Shown here piece after piece: positions 35,960 through 47,774 of a DNA stretch of 64,000 bases. A model generated the notes under the pieces. The model was not told the DNA's origin and ran no database searches. It worked only from the letters and a program-made list of their open reading frames with translations. How positions within the stretch are numbered: the stretch's first letter is position 1; each line of letters begins with the position of its first letter. The position numbers and the translations under genes are program-made. Origin of the DNA: Isurus oxyrinchus (lineage: Eukaryota); NCBI GenBank assembly GCA_026770705.1, contig JANJGN010000009.1, forward strand, positions 164,052,001 through 164,116,000. Reading direction: 5' to 3'.

Positions 35960-38900
35960 AGCGGGTGAGCAGGGGGGATGAGCGAACTGACCATGGTACC
36001 ATGGCACAGGAAGTCATCCAAGTGGGGGGAGCAAACAGGAATGTAGCGGTAGTGAGGGATAGTATAGTCAGAGGGATTGACACCGTTCTCTGCAGCAAAC
36101 AGCGTGAGTCCACACGACCATGTTGCCTGCCCGGTGCCAGGGTGTGGGATGTCGGCTCAGGGCTAGGGAGGAACTTGCATTGGGAGGGGTAGCACCCAGT
36201 CATCGTGGTCCATGTAAGCACCAACGCTATAGGCAGCACAGAGAAGGAGATTCTGCACAATCAGTGTGAGGAACGAGGCACCAGATAAAGAAGGAGAACC
36301 ACAAAGGTCATAACCGATGGATTATTACCTGAGCCATGTGCAAATTGCCACAGGACAAATCAGACTCAGGAGGTGAATGTGCCTCAAAGGCTGGTGTGGA
36401 AGAAGTGGGTTCTGGTTTGTAGGGCACAAGAACCAGTACTGGGGAAAGTGGGATCTGTACCATTGGGATGGTCTACACCTGAACCGTGCTGGGACCAGTG
36501 TTCTTGCAAGCCACATAACTAGGGAAGTAGAGAGGGTTTTAAACTAAATAGTGGACAACAGATCATATTCGGGATAATGTTGTAATTCAAGGAGCAGAAA
36601 CAAGTCAAAAGATAAAGGTATTATTAGGAAAAATGAAAAACAGACACTGACAAAGGGGGATAGAGAGAACAAATCTAACAGTAAATCAACAGATGAAACT
36701 ACAAGTTATAAAAAGCATAAAAGGATAAATCTAAAAGCTCTGTATCTGAATGCACATAGCATTCAAAACAAAACAGATGAACTGAGAGCACACATAGAAA
36801 TAAATAATTACAATTTGATAGCCATTACGGAGACATGGCTGCAGGAGGACATGGATTGGGATGTGAATATTGAAGTGTACAGGGTACTTAGGAAAGACAG
36901 GAAGCGAGGAAAAGGTGTAGCGGTGGCTCTGTTAGTGAATGATGGTATTAGTACAAGAGAGGAAGAAATAATTGGAGCTTGTCAGAAAGTCATGGTGATA
37001 ATCATGAGGGACTTTAATTTACACATAGACTGGAAAAGTCAGATGGCCAAAGATAGCCTTGCTGAGGAGTACATCGAATGTTTTCAAGATAGTTTCTGAG
37101 AACGGCATGTTCTGGATTCAACCAGACAGCAGGCTATACTAGACCTGCTATTGTGCAATGAGATGGGAGGAATTAACGATCTCACCATGAAGATACCCCT
37201 AGGAAATAGTGACCATAATAGGATGAATTTTACATTCAGTTTGAGGGAGAGAGGAGTGGGTCTGAGTCTAAGGCGGGGATTTTTGGGCCCTGCTGCTGGT
37301 GGGACTCGCTGTGGGGGAGGCAGTTCCCCAGCCAGAAGCCCCACTGACTTGCGACAGGACAGGAAGGGCCGGCGAGCGGGTGTGGAAAATCCCACTGTAA
37401 GTTTTTAAACTTTAATAAGGGCAATTATAAGGACATGAAAGCTGGGATGGCTAAAGTGAATTGGCAAAATAGGTTAAGGGACAGGTCAATCGAGATGCAA
37501 TGGCTCATATTTGAGGGGATATTTCAGAATGCACATTCCAACGAGTAAGAAAAAGTCTAAGTGACGGACACACCATCCGTGGTTAACTTGAATGTTTAAA
37601 CATAGTATCAAAATCAAAGGAAAAGCTTATAATTCTGCAAAGAGAGGTGGCAGGTCAGAAGATTGGACAGAATAAAAGGAACAGCAAAGAATGACTAAAA
37701 GACTAATAAGAAGGGAAAATTTAGTTTATGAGAGAAAGGTAGCCAGGAATATAACAACAGATAGGAAGAGTTTTTATAAGTACGTAAAAAAGAAAAGAGT
37801 GAACAAAGTGTGTGCTGGTCCTATAGAAGGTGAGCCTGGAGAATTGATAATGGAAAACAAGGAGATGGCAGATGAATTGAACAGGCATTTTGCACTAGTC
37901 ATATTGAAAATGTTAGAAGCTATTATTAAAGAAATTATAGCAGGACACTTGGATAAGGTCATGGTCATCAGGCAGAATCAACATGGTTTTGTGAAAGGGA
38001 AATCTGTTCAACCAGTTTTTTGGAGTTCTTTGAGGAAGTAACATGTGCGGTGGAGAAAGGGGATCTGGTGGATGTACTGTACTGAGGTTTCTAGAAGGCG
38101 TTTCATAAGTTATTGTGGAAAATAAAAGCTCATGGTATAGGGGGTCACATACTGGTATGGATAGAAAATTGTCTGGCTAACAAGAAACAGAGAGTAGGCA
38201 TGAATGAGTCTTTTTTAGTTTGGCAAGATATAAGAGTGTTGTGGCACAGGGATCATTGCTGGGACCTCAACAGTTTGCACTTAATATCAACGACTTGGAT
38301 GAAGGGTTTGAAGGGATGGTTTCTGAATTTGCTGATGACACAAAGATAGGTAGAAAGTAAGTTGTGAGGGGGACATAAGGAGGCTACAAAAAGATATAGA
38401 TAGGTTTAGACAGTGGGCACTGATCTGGAAAATGGAGTATAATGTGGGAAAATGTAAAATTGTCCATTTTGGCAGGAAGAGTAAAAGAGAAGCATGTTAT
38501 CTTAATGGTGAGAGATTGCAGAGCTCTGAGGTGCAGAGGGATCTGGCTGTCCTTGTGCATGAATCACAAAAGGTTAGTATGGAGATACCGCAAGTAATTA
38601 GGAAAGCTGATAGAATGATTTCATTTATTGTAAGGGAGATTGAATTCAAAAGTAGGGAAGTTATTCTTCATCTGCATAGGGCACGAGTGAGACTACATTT
38701 GGAGGACTCTGTACAGTATTGGTCACAATATTTAAGGAAGGATGAAATGCATTGGAAGAAGCTCAGAGAAAGTTTACCAGGCTAATACCAGGAATGGGTG
38801 GATTGTCTAATGAGGAAAAGTTGGACAGACTAGGCTTCTATCTGCTGGAGTTTAGAAGAGTAAGAGGCGAATTGATTGAAACATATAAGTTCCTGAGGAG

Positions 38901-39075
38901 ACTTGACAGGGTGAGTGCAGAGAGGATGTTTCCTCTTGTGGGAAAATGAGGGGTCACCAATTTAGAACAGAGATTAGGTGATTTTTTTGAACTCAGAGGC
39001 TCGTGAGTCTTTGGAAATCTCTTCCTGAAAAGGTGGTGAAGGGGAGGCTTCGATTATTTTTAAGGTAGAGGTGGA
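35960..39075 (+). mobile_element. Degenerate, internally deleted CR1 LINE (ORF1 esterase, APE endonuclease, RT); MITE-like insert at ~37270-37396
   Basis: VAVVRDSIVRGID..CCLPGARV (SGNH esterase ORF1), IAITETWLQ (APE), QHGFVKGKS, FADD, YNVGKCKIVHFG. Confidence 0.88.
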
Positions 39076-39591
39076 GTGCTACAAATCAGCAGTAACTTGT
39101 GGCAATTCACGATTCATTGGCTTTTTTCTTCATCGTCAAAAGTTGCTGATGATTTTCACATTAAAAGAGGTGTTTGTTGTTCATACCCCATTATATTTTC
39201 AGTAAGTTCTAGCCCATTGTTATAGAGTTGATTTTCCAGGCAACTTTTCTGGGTGGAAACATTGAACTTTATTTACAAGACAGCTGCAGCAGCTACATGT
39301 GTGTATCTAACTCTATAACTAAAGGACAACTCCCCGTGGAGGTTCCCCATGCTGCAAATTGGTTGGTTTACACAGATCATGTTCTCTTACAACAAAGGAT
39401 TATTCTTAATGTTACAGTCCTACCTTGATCAAAACTATAATTATTACATTCCTCACCCTTTACCTTTTCTGTACATTTGTATTTACAAGGATGTTGATCT
39501 CATGACATTAAAATACTTCCACAGGTCATGAAATTATAAGCTTGGTCTTTCAAGTGGTTCCCTGTGGAACGTTTTAGTTTCATGACCTCAG

Positions 39592-39744
39592 ATTCTCTGA
39601 CAGGAACCACAGTCTCTGCAATAACATGAGGTACCTCCTTAGGCACAGGCAGATCAGTGTCGTCCACTCCGACAGAGACATCGGGCATGACTATCCTTGG
39701 CTGTACAATGTTAACAGGAACCACAGGTTCAACAATGGCTACAG
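39592..39744 (+). pseudogene. Possible orphan Ser/Thr-rich (mucin stalk-like) pseudo-exon
   Basis: cag|...ACAG|gt, phase 1-1, 153 nt. Translates DSLTGTTVSAIT*GTSLGTGRSVSSTPTETSGMTILGCTMLTGTTGSTMAT, with one TGA at 39627-39629. Confidence 0.45.
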
Positions 39745-40122
39745 GTGGAAAATTATTTTGTGGGGTATCTCCATTCTTTTTAAATCAATCAGGAGCTTAC
39801 CGGTGATCTACAAAGATTAGTAAATAAAACCAAAATATTAAGAAATCTCTGTATTCAATTTGACAACTAAATTTCAGAAATGAAAAAAATACCTCTGTTC
39901 CTGTGGGGTTTGTGGAAATTGGGACGGGGTTCCTGTTCTAAATCACTTCACAATTCAGTATAAATACTAGTTCAGCTCATCATTATCCACATGTTCTAAC
40001 TTTTTAACATTCTTGTTTTCAGGATTTTATATCCTTTCAATGAAAATTAGTTTAGTTCTTTTGTTAAATATAACTGACAGAAATTCAAGTTCTCAGGGGT
40101 CAGATTTCATCAGATGCCTTAA

Positions 40123-40165
40123 TGTGGTTTCATGACCTGGCTTCCTGCTATCTTCTTCCTCATTT
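40123..40165 (+). promoter_or_regulatory. Putative leukocyte-type proximal promoter of gene B (RUNX + ETS/PU.1 sites)
   Basis: TGTGGTT (40123-40129), CTTCCTG (40141-40147) and CTTCCTCATTT (40155-40165; AAATGAGGAAG on the minus strand) lie 100-140 bp upstream of the ATG. Confidence 0.5.
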
Positions 40166-40262
40166 AAATTCCTTGTATCATTTACATTAGACACATATTT
40201 CGATGTGAGAAACAAGAGCTGAGTGTCTGGAAACAAGTTCTGCCCTGATCTTTGTGAACAAA

Positions 40263-40302
40263 ATGATGTGGATTTTGATTCTCCTCATTAGTTCTCTGCC
40301 CG
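40263..40302 (+). CDS. Gene B, signal peptide (leader) exon
   Basis: ATG ATG TGG ATT TTG ATT CTC CTC ATT AGT TCT CTG CCC G|gtgagt. MMWILILLISSLP joins in phase 1 to VSG-ALW of the V exon, giving a classic signal peptide. Confidence 0.9.
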
Positions 40303-40409
40303 GTGAGTGACAGCCAGAGCTGGATGTTCCGATATTCTGAGTTGGTTTAACTCTCGTGCGCTGGTTATACAGGAGATGTTTAAATATTTGGAGACATGCA
40401 AAGGCACAA

Positions 40410-40700
40410 GAGAGGTCTTGGGCACAGTGGGTAGTGTCTCTGTACCTGAGCCAGAAGCTCTGTGTTTGAGTCCCACTTCTGTTCTTGTTGAGAATGGAAG
40501 GCGCGTTCTAACCAGGACCAACAGATTGATTATCAACCTGAAAATCTACCAACAGACCGAAGGCTGGTGGTAAGAGGGTTTGAGATCCGAGTCCAACATG
40601 ATTGATGTGGAGTGGTGCCGCTCATTCTGTTGTCTCCGGAGGTTAGTGACCTGTTCCAGGGAAAACAAGCTTTGGAAAGCAAAAGTAAACATGTGCTTTG
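40410..40700 (+). mobile_element. tRNA-derived SINE in gene B intron 1
   Basis: ggcacagtgggtag A box; gtttgagtccc B box. Confidence 0.5.
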
Positions 40701-42161
40701 ACTGCCGCATCCGTCTCTAGATGTGGGAAGTCTCCTAAGTCTAAAGGCACAAAATAGTCAGCAAAACCAAATGAGTAATAATTGTGAAGTATTTTATTAC
40801 CCTGTGAATTAACTATCACAACATGGGAATAGTTAACAAATAAACTGAACTGCATTATTAATTATGAATGATAAATAAAGGAGAATTAAATTTTCAGAAA
40901 GCTATGCAAGCAACATTTTGAAAATGAAAACCTTTTTTAATTGGTAATTTTCAATATAATCTGATGTCCAGTATAGACTGAAGACTGCAGCGGTAATAAT
41001 CCCACAAATAAAACATGTCCCAAGTTGGCGAATATTTCTGTTTTTGAAAGTACAGTTGATGAAATATTGTGTTATGAGGCTCTCTCAGTGACACTGTTCC
41101 TCACTGGTAGATGGTTGGTCTACATCACTCTTCTCATAAGTAGCCTTTTCTTGTTCATTCTTTAACTTTAAAAAACTAGATTTTGCTCATCACTCAGTAT
41201 TGCCACCTCTCCATCATTTCGATGAATCTATTTTATAACACACAATGTTAAACTCCCAGCCCCATCTGCTCTTAACCACCTCCCCAAAATAGTTTGTGCC
41301 TCTAGCTGATCAATTTTATGCAGAATACTTGATGTACTTATGGACAGGAAACTGAATCATGTTTCTGTCTGTTTGGCAATCTTCTTCTTTTCAATCCTTC
41401 CTCTTTCTGATCTGATCTCTTTCCCATTCCCTTTACATCTGTAACTTTCCCTGTATCTTTTTCCTTTCCTTCATTTCTCTCTAGCCATTTAATTATTTTC
41501 AATCTCTCTTTTGTTATTTTAGTGCAAACTCTTTCCCCACAGCATGAGTTTCTCTCCCAGCAAGGCCATTGGTCTCATGAACGTTCAAGTCAAGGCATCC
41601 AAATCCCTACCTCAGGAATCCATCCATACTGTAAGGCCACCTATCACACAACCTCGCAAACTTTCAAGACCTTCAAATCCTACCTTTGGACATCCCTAAC
41701 TCATTCAAGATCTGAACAACCCCTCCTGCAAGGACACAACCCTACCCCGCACCCCACCCACCTCAGATCAGAGCAGGGAACTGTCGGCTCCTGTGACCAC
41801 CTCCACACTGCTCCCCAGCCGACTGCAAATCAGGCCTGTCAATCAGACTGGTTTCTGGCTGTGGAACCTCCTGATGATGTCATACGCAGTCTAGGGTGAA
41901 ACCCCAAAATATGAGGCAGAACCCCAATTTCCAGGTTCCCTCACTCTACTAGCCCCTGCCAATATGTCAAGAAAATGTCCCAATTATCTCACGAGTATAT
42001 CATTGTCTGAGACGTGCTTTGGAACCACAGTGAGGCTCTGATAAGTGTCTATATGAATGATTACTCTCATCACAAACTGGATGGAATTTAACTCATTAAA
42101 ATGCATCTGTTTGAATTAAGCAGTTATTTCCAGTTCAGTTTCTCAAATGTTGTCTCCTCAG

Positions 42162-42476
42162 TTTCAGGTGCATTGTGGGCAAAAGAGAGAGTAACAGGAG
42201 TTGTGGGAAGAGCGATCACAATAGAATGTCACTATGATGCACAGTGGTACAAGTCACATATAAAATATTGGTGTCGCGGCTGGACTCGCCAGTGTAATGT
42301 TGTAGCATCGACAAATTGGCGAAATGGAAGAATATCGGTCACAGATAACAAGTCACAAGGATTATTTATTGTTACTATGGAGGATCTTCACTCAGGAGAT
42401 ACAGGATGGTACAGCTGTGCTATTGAAGTAACTGGCCACGATCCAATGTTTAATGTAAAGCTACAAATATCTTACG
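42162..42476 (+). CDS. Gene B (activating-type CD300/pIgR/MDIR-like receptor), V-type Ig domain exon
   Basis: Same splice sites as gene A, 315 nt. Translates ...IECHYDAQWYKSHIKYWCRGWTRQC...GDTGWYSCAIE. Confidence 0.93.
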
Positions 42477-43336
42477 GTACATTTCTTACTGATTTTCTTT
42501 ATTACTCTCGACTGAAATGTCTGCTCAATGTTTTATCTGGGAGGAAACATGACAGCTCCGATATCCCGAGGCTCCACAGCAATGCAGAGTCTTAAAGGTA
42601 AAGGGCAGTGGTCGGGAAATCCGACTCATGTTACCCAAACCCAATTCATGGCCTGTCAAACATGTCAGAATTGAACTTTACAAGTGAACTAAACGGAAAT
42701 TGAGAAGTTGTTTTGATGGTAAAAGAAGCCTCTTTATTAATTGTTGAGACATTGGGCTGGATATTCAGCCTCAAAGCGGGTAGGGGCAATTCGGAAAATT
42801 CCCCGCTCGGCCTTGGAAGAAAGTGCCCACAAAGGTGGGATTCCCATTGCTGGGAGCTGTGCCCGGGCTGCAGTCTGGCCAGCCACACCAGGAAGAAATG
42901 CAGAGGCAGCCACAGGGGCTGCCGGCTGCGGAGACGGGCTGTTTAAAAGGCCCCTCCTTAATGCCCTTGGACTTTGTAACAGCTAAACTCAAAACACAAA
43001 GGCCCTTCACCCCTCACCCCTCACAGCCCCCAAAGGGGGTGGATGTGAGGGGAAAATTTGTCATGAGGGGGCTTGGAGGTGGGTGGAAGTGTACAGCTTG
43101 AAGTCAGGAGCATGAGGGGGTATAAGGCGTGGGTATAGGGATAGAGGGGGAACGAAGGGCCAAGCGGGTTGGATGGGGGTGTGACTTGACATAGCGGGCA
43201 TGAGATGCACCTTTTGAACTTAGCTGTTAAAAGATCCCCTCATGCAGACCAGTGTTTACAGCTCCTCTGAGGGGCTTTGGACTACGACTCAATCAAAACC
43301 TGGCCCGAGTCCATGAAAATTGCAGAGGAGTCGGAC

Positions 43337-45455
43337 GTCACTTTGGTCTGAAGGCTGCACAAAGCACAGGGTAGAGGCCCTGGACTAAGACACCTGCCTT
43401 TATCTTGTACAGAAAGTGTTCACATGTGAGTGACATGAACATTGCTCATCAAAACAAGGAGCGATAGGCAGGGAGACATTCTTTGGAGTTTATTGACAAT
43501 AATGAACAGTATGTACAAGTGATTAACACCCGTGCCCAGGACGTGAAACTACTTCTCCTCAACCACGCGGTGTCTGGCAGCACTGTTGAGACCTTCTGTG
43601 CTCGGTGGGTGACCACGGGGGTTGGGGTCCTTTATCCAGCCTCTTAATCACATTTTGGTTTGATGTTGTAAGTGTCCTTTAAATCATGTCTTTGGTTTTG
43701 CAGTGACCCTAACTTAGGGGCTGCGTTTTATATTATCCCTCATTTTGTTAATTTAGTTTATTGGGTTGGCTTTAAAAGAGCTACATCTTCTCAACTTTCC
43801 TAATCCTCCCGCTACATCTTGGTGCTCCGCAGACATCCACAGTGGAGGTAAAGACAGTCTGCTGACTGCTATGCTCTGTCTGTGATAACTTTGGCGGGCA
43901 TCCTCTGGAGGCCTGAGGCCTGTAGGGCCCCGGCTTCCTTTCGAGGTCCTACTGTGTGGCATTAGCACCCTCCTTTTCCTGTGGACTGGGAGCTGTCCAG
44001 GTCACAGTAAGAGGGGAGTTACCAGGATGAATGGCCCCGGAGGGTACACATGTTGATCCTTCTCGCTATGGGTACCCAATGGCCATTGGCTGAATCCTTG
44101 AGGAGCAGGTGTAGCTGGAGTGAGATCGAGCTGCCTGCACCCCTCTCGCATACACACTGTCAGGGGCCAACTATACATCAGCAATGGAGTTCAGCCCTGC
44201 AGCAGTGTAGGAACGATGCCCTGGACCAACGTCTCCATGGCAGCTGCCATCCTACCAGTGTTGACCTCGGTGCAGTGACATGCCGGCGCTATCACCTCAG
44301 AGTGCAGGCGGACGGACTCCTCCATTGTGCCTTGCAATCTGAGGGGTGCAGCAGATATCCCTTCCTGATGTTCCCGCGTTGGCCTTTCCAGCTCCAGCAA
44401 CTGTGACATGACCAAATCCAGAAACGCGTCACCTGACTCGAACTCAGCAAATTTATGGCCTCCAGCTGCCCACTGAGTGCCGGACACCTGGGAAGCCCCT
44501 GCCGCTGCCAGCTGTGGATCAGGCAGTGCAATTTGCTCACCAGCTGTGACCCTGAGTCTACTCTAAAGCTAGATCTCACCGAGGGGTGTACCTCTGCACT
44601 GGTGGAGGGTGTGGGTGAGGGGAGTGACGGTACATCAAGGAGGGTCCCTCCAGGTTCCTCTTCAGAGATTTCTTTGGGGATTACTTGGTGTCCCTGGTTC
44701 TCCATCGGCTGTTTCCCAGATGTGCGTGTGGAAGCAAGTGGAAATATTTTGTGCATGGCAGTGGCCTGTGAAACAGGACACATCACTCACAGCATGGTTG
44801 TCTGATGGATGTTGCACTGCTGGACCCTCACTTGGCTGAGCACCGCAGACCTCACCGTCAGAACAGGATTGGTCCAGGCCGTTGCCGGCCAGCTGGATGG
44901 CTCTGTTTACAAAGTACTAGTACTGTTCGGGAACATGATGTTCATATTTTCATACATGTCGCTGAATTTGTCAGTCACATTTATGCCTCTATTATCAACC
45001 AAAGAGCGGGATTGTCCCCGATTTGCACTAAGTGCGTTAGTGGGCGGGGGAATCGATGTTTTACACACCGGCCACAATGGGGGGTTTTCAGGCCGCATCG
45101 TCCCAAACCCAACGCATTAGTTATGCATTCCCGGGAAACATACCATTTCCATGGTGAGTGGGATCTCATTCACCCCAAACACCATCATTTCACTGCTTCA
45201 TCAGGCCCAGCACCATATGTAAAGTCCAGCCTCGTGCACACATCTCAGTGTTTCCAACCCAGGACCACTGCAGGGAAGATATCCCCAAGAGGCAAAAAGA
45301 CTGTAGCTCCCAGGTTTAGTGAGCTGTCACTGCAACACATTGTGTACACTGTGGGGGCCCTGCTGTGATGTCCTCTACTCCCACTCTGGCTGCAGTATGG
45401 ACAGCGCTGTGACCAACCAGGCCTGGGAGGCGGGGGCAGCAGTGGTATACCCACT
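43337..45455 (-). mobile_element. Harbinger-like transposon fragment with a single Tx1-like insertion at 43564-43780
   Basis: Homologous to 57435-58790. Myb/SANT-like start RGKKTVAPRFSELSL on + at ~45290. The Tx1 piece is flanked by CTACTTCTCCTCAAC / CTACATCTTCTCAAC. Confidence 0.72.
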
Positions 45456-47444
45456 GAATGTTATTAAGTTAACCCTCACTGTCAGATAATGTAAACAGTA
45501 TGAAAAGTGTGGATGAGAAACCCTTAGAAACTTCCTTGCTGGATGGAAACAAATGCTGGAGAGAATGGAAATTTCTAAATGAAATGAGTGGATGCCTGAT
45601 TGTTTTAGAGAATGAAATGCAGGTACAACAAATTTTTTAGGGATCTGAGGAGAGGGCTATCTTGCAATATGATGAAGTATAGAATATTGAGATTCTTAAT
45701 TCAATTTGTTTCACACTTTTTGGTCACCATATTAACTGAAAATTTTATTTAAATGAGAGAAGGTCATCATCTAATCGTTTATTAATTGTGTTTAATTGTA
45801 TGCAGTGGTGGCATTAATTGGTGATTCACTTGTGCACCTATAAACAGATGCAGACTGAAACTGCGGGTGGTGGATTTGATTAGATTCACACAGTAAACAG
45901 CACTTTAAAACAGTTCCACAAGTCTTAACCTATCTAACCTCAGAGCTAATCTTTCTCTTTTCCGTTCAGCAACTAACACTGTAGATTTAAAAAGCTATAG
46001 AAGTGCAATAATTTTACCACACAGTGCTTTCACATTGGGGTGTCCACTGACAGAAACTGGGTCTTCAGGTCTGGGCCTTGTACACACTGTCTCCTGGGAA
46101 TTCTGACCTGCTACCCTGCTGTCTTCAGGGAGATCTGGCCAACCATCCTGCTGTGTTCTGGGAGATCTAAGCAGCTACCCCCTCACATAGGCTTCAGTAT
46201 TCCCTTAAATGTGTTTCTTCTCTTTCATCTCTCTTTGTAGTACCCAGTCTGTTCAGAAATGCTTTTATCCCAGGATTGATTAAATCAATCTTTACTTTAA
46301 TTCTTAGACTTGTAAAAACAAACGTACCCTATCTTTATGTCACTTCATGACACCTTTTTACAACCTGCATATATCCCCCTTTGAACTAAAACAACTTAAT
46401 TCAAACTATTCCTGTTATTGCTTCATGTACAAATCTGTTGAAGTTCTTTTTTGTTCATTAACATATCAAAACCACTTCTTACTGTTGACTTTTGACCCTA
46501 TCCACTGATGAGGCAGTCCACGTCATGGAACCATAACCTTAAATCTGGAGATAGGCTCGTCAGGGATGTCAGGAAGCACTTCTTCACGCAAAGTATAGTG
46601 GAAATCAGGAACACTCTCCTCAAAAAAGCTCTTTAGTTCAATTGAAAATTTCAAAACTGATTGACAGATTTTATCTGGTAGCAATATTCGGGTTATGGGA
46701 CCCAGGTAGGTAAATGGACAGAAGATACTGGTCAGTTGGGATTTAATTGAATTGTGGAACAGGCTGAAGGGGCTGCATGTCCGAATCCCTTTTCCATGTT
46801 CTGGAGCCCCAGTTAATTTTTCAGTGGTCTGGGCCTTGTGAGTAACAATGTGCTGTGAAACAAGCTCACAAACAGTTAGCATTTCAAAGAGACACTTTCC
46901 AATCACCAGGCAAACTGTGACCTGTGTTGTTTCAGAGTACAGTTTGTGACAGTGAAAGCAGTGAAGGCCTGCCAAACCTCACTAAAAATGTTGGTGAAAG
47001 TGTCACTTTTCTCTGGCTAATCCCTTGACCAAAGAGGGAATTTTAATTCCCCTCCCCCATCCTGCATCGGGTTGAAGCATGATGGGATTTGCTGGATCCA
47101 GAACCTTCTCCAGCACAGCTTGTGATCCAGGAGACACACGAAAGCTTCACCCCCACCCCCAGGCAAATGTTTTATACAATTTCTCCCTCCCCATGATTGG
47201 CCAATCCTGCCCCAAGCAGCAAAGTCACCCTGACTCCCTCCTCGCTGCTGTGCTCCGAGGACAAATTCCCACCAATTTCTCCCATGTCCAGTTCCCAAAC
47301 CCAAATTTAACATCCACCCCATAGAGTGGTAGATGTGTTGGTGAGATTCCAACATGGCAGAGCCTGGCTGAGATGAAGTGCAAAGTTTGAAGACTATTTG
47401 ATTATTAAATGTTCAGTATCTGAATGTTTCTTTCTTTCCAACAG

Positions 47445-47774
47445 AACCCGTGTCTGTTCCTGTGCTTAGATTTTCATCACCGCTAAATGTCTCATGTTCT
47501 GGGGGTTCAGTGTCCGTCTCCTGTGAGTCTGTCCAGGGATCCCTTCCCATTCAGTACACATGGTATGAGAAGACCCTGCCTGAAGATTCAAAGATCTCTG
47601 ACACCAATAAACTGGATCTACATTGTCAATCCTTCAAACAGCAACATCATCAATATTACTGCACAGCCTCAAATAATCAGGGAGAAAAATCCAGTGACAC
47701 TGTCACTGTTAACTTAACACTCATGAATGTAACAACGAAAAGCTGCAGTTATGTGATACAAATTGGAAACATTG
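47445..47774 (+). CDS. Gene B, C2-type (FCRL-like) Ig domain exon
   Basis: ccaacag| ... ATTG|gtaagt, 330 nt, 5 amino-acid differences from gene A. Confidence 0.93.
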
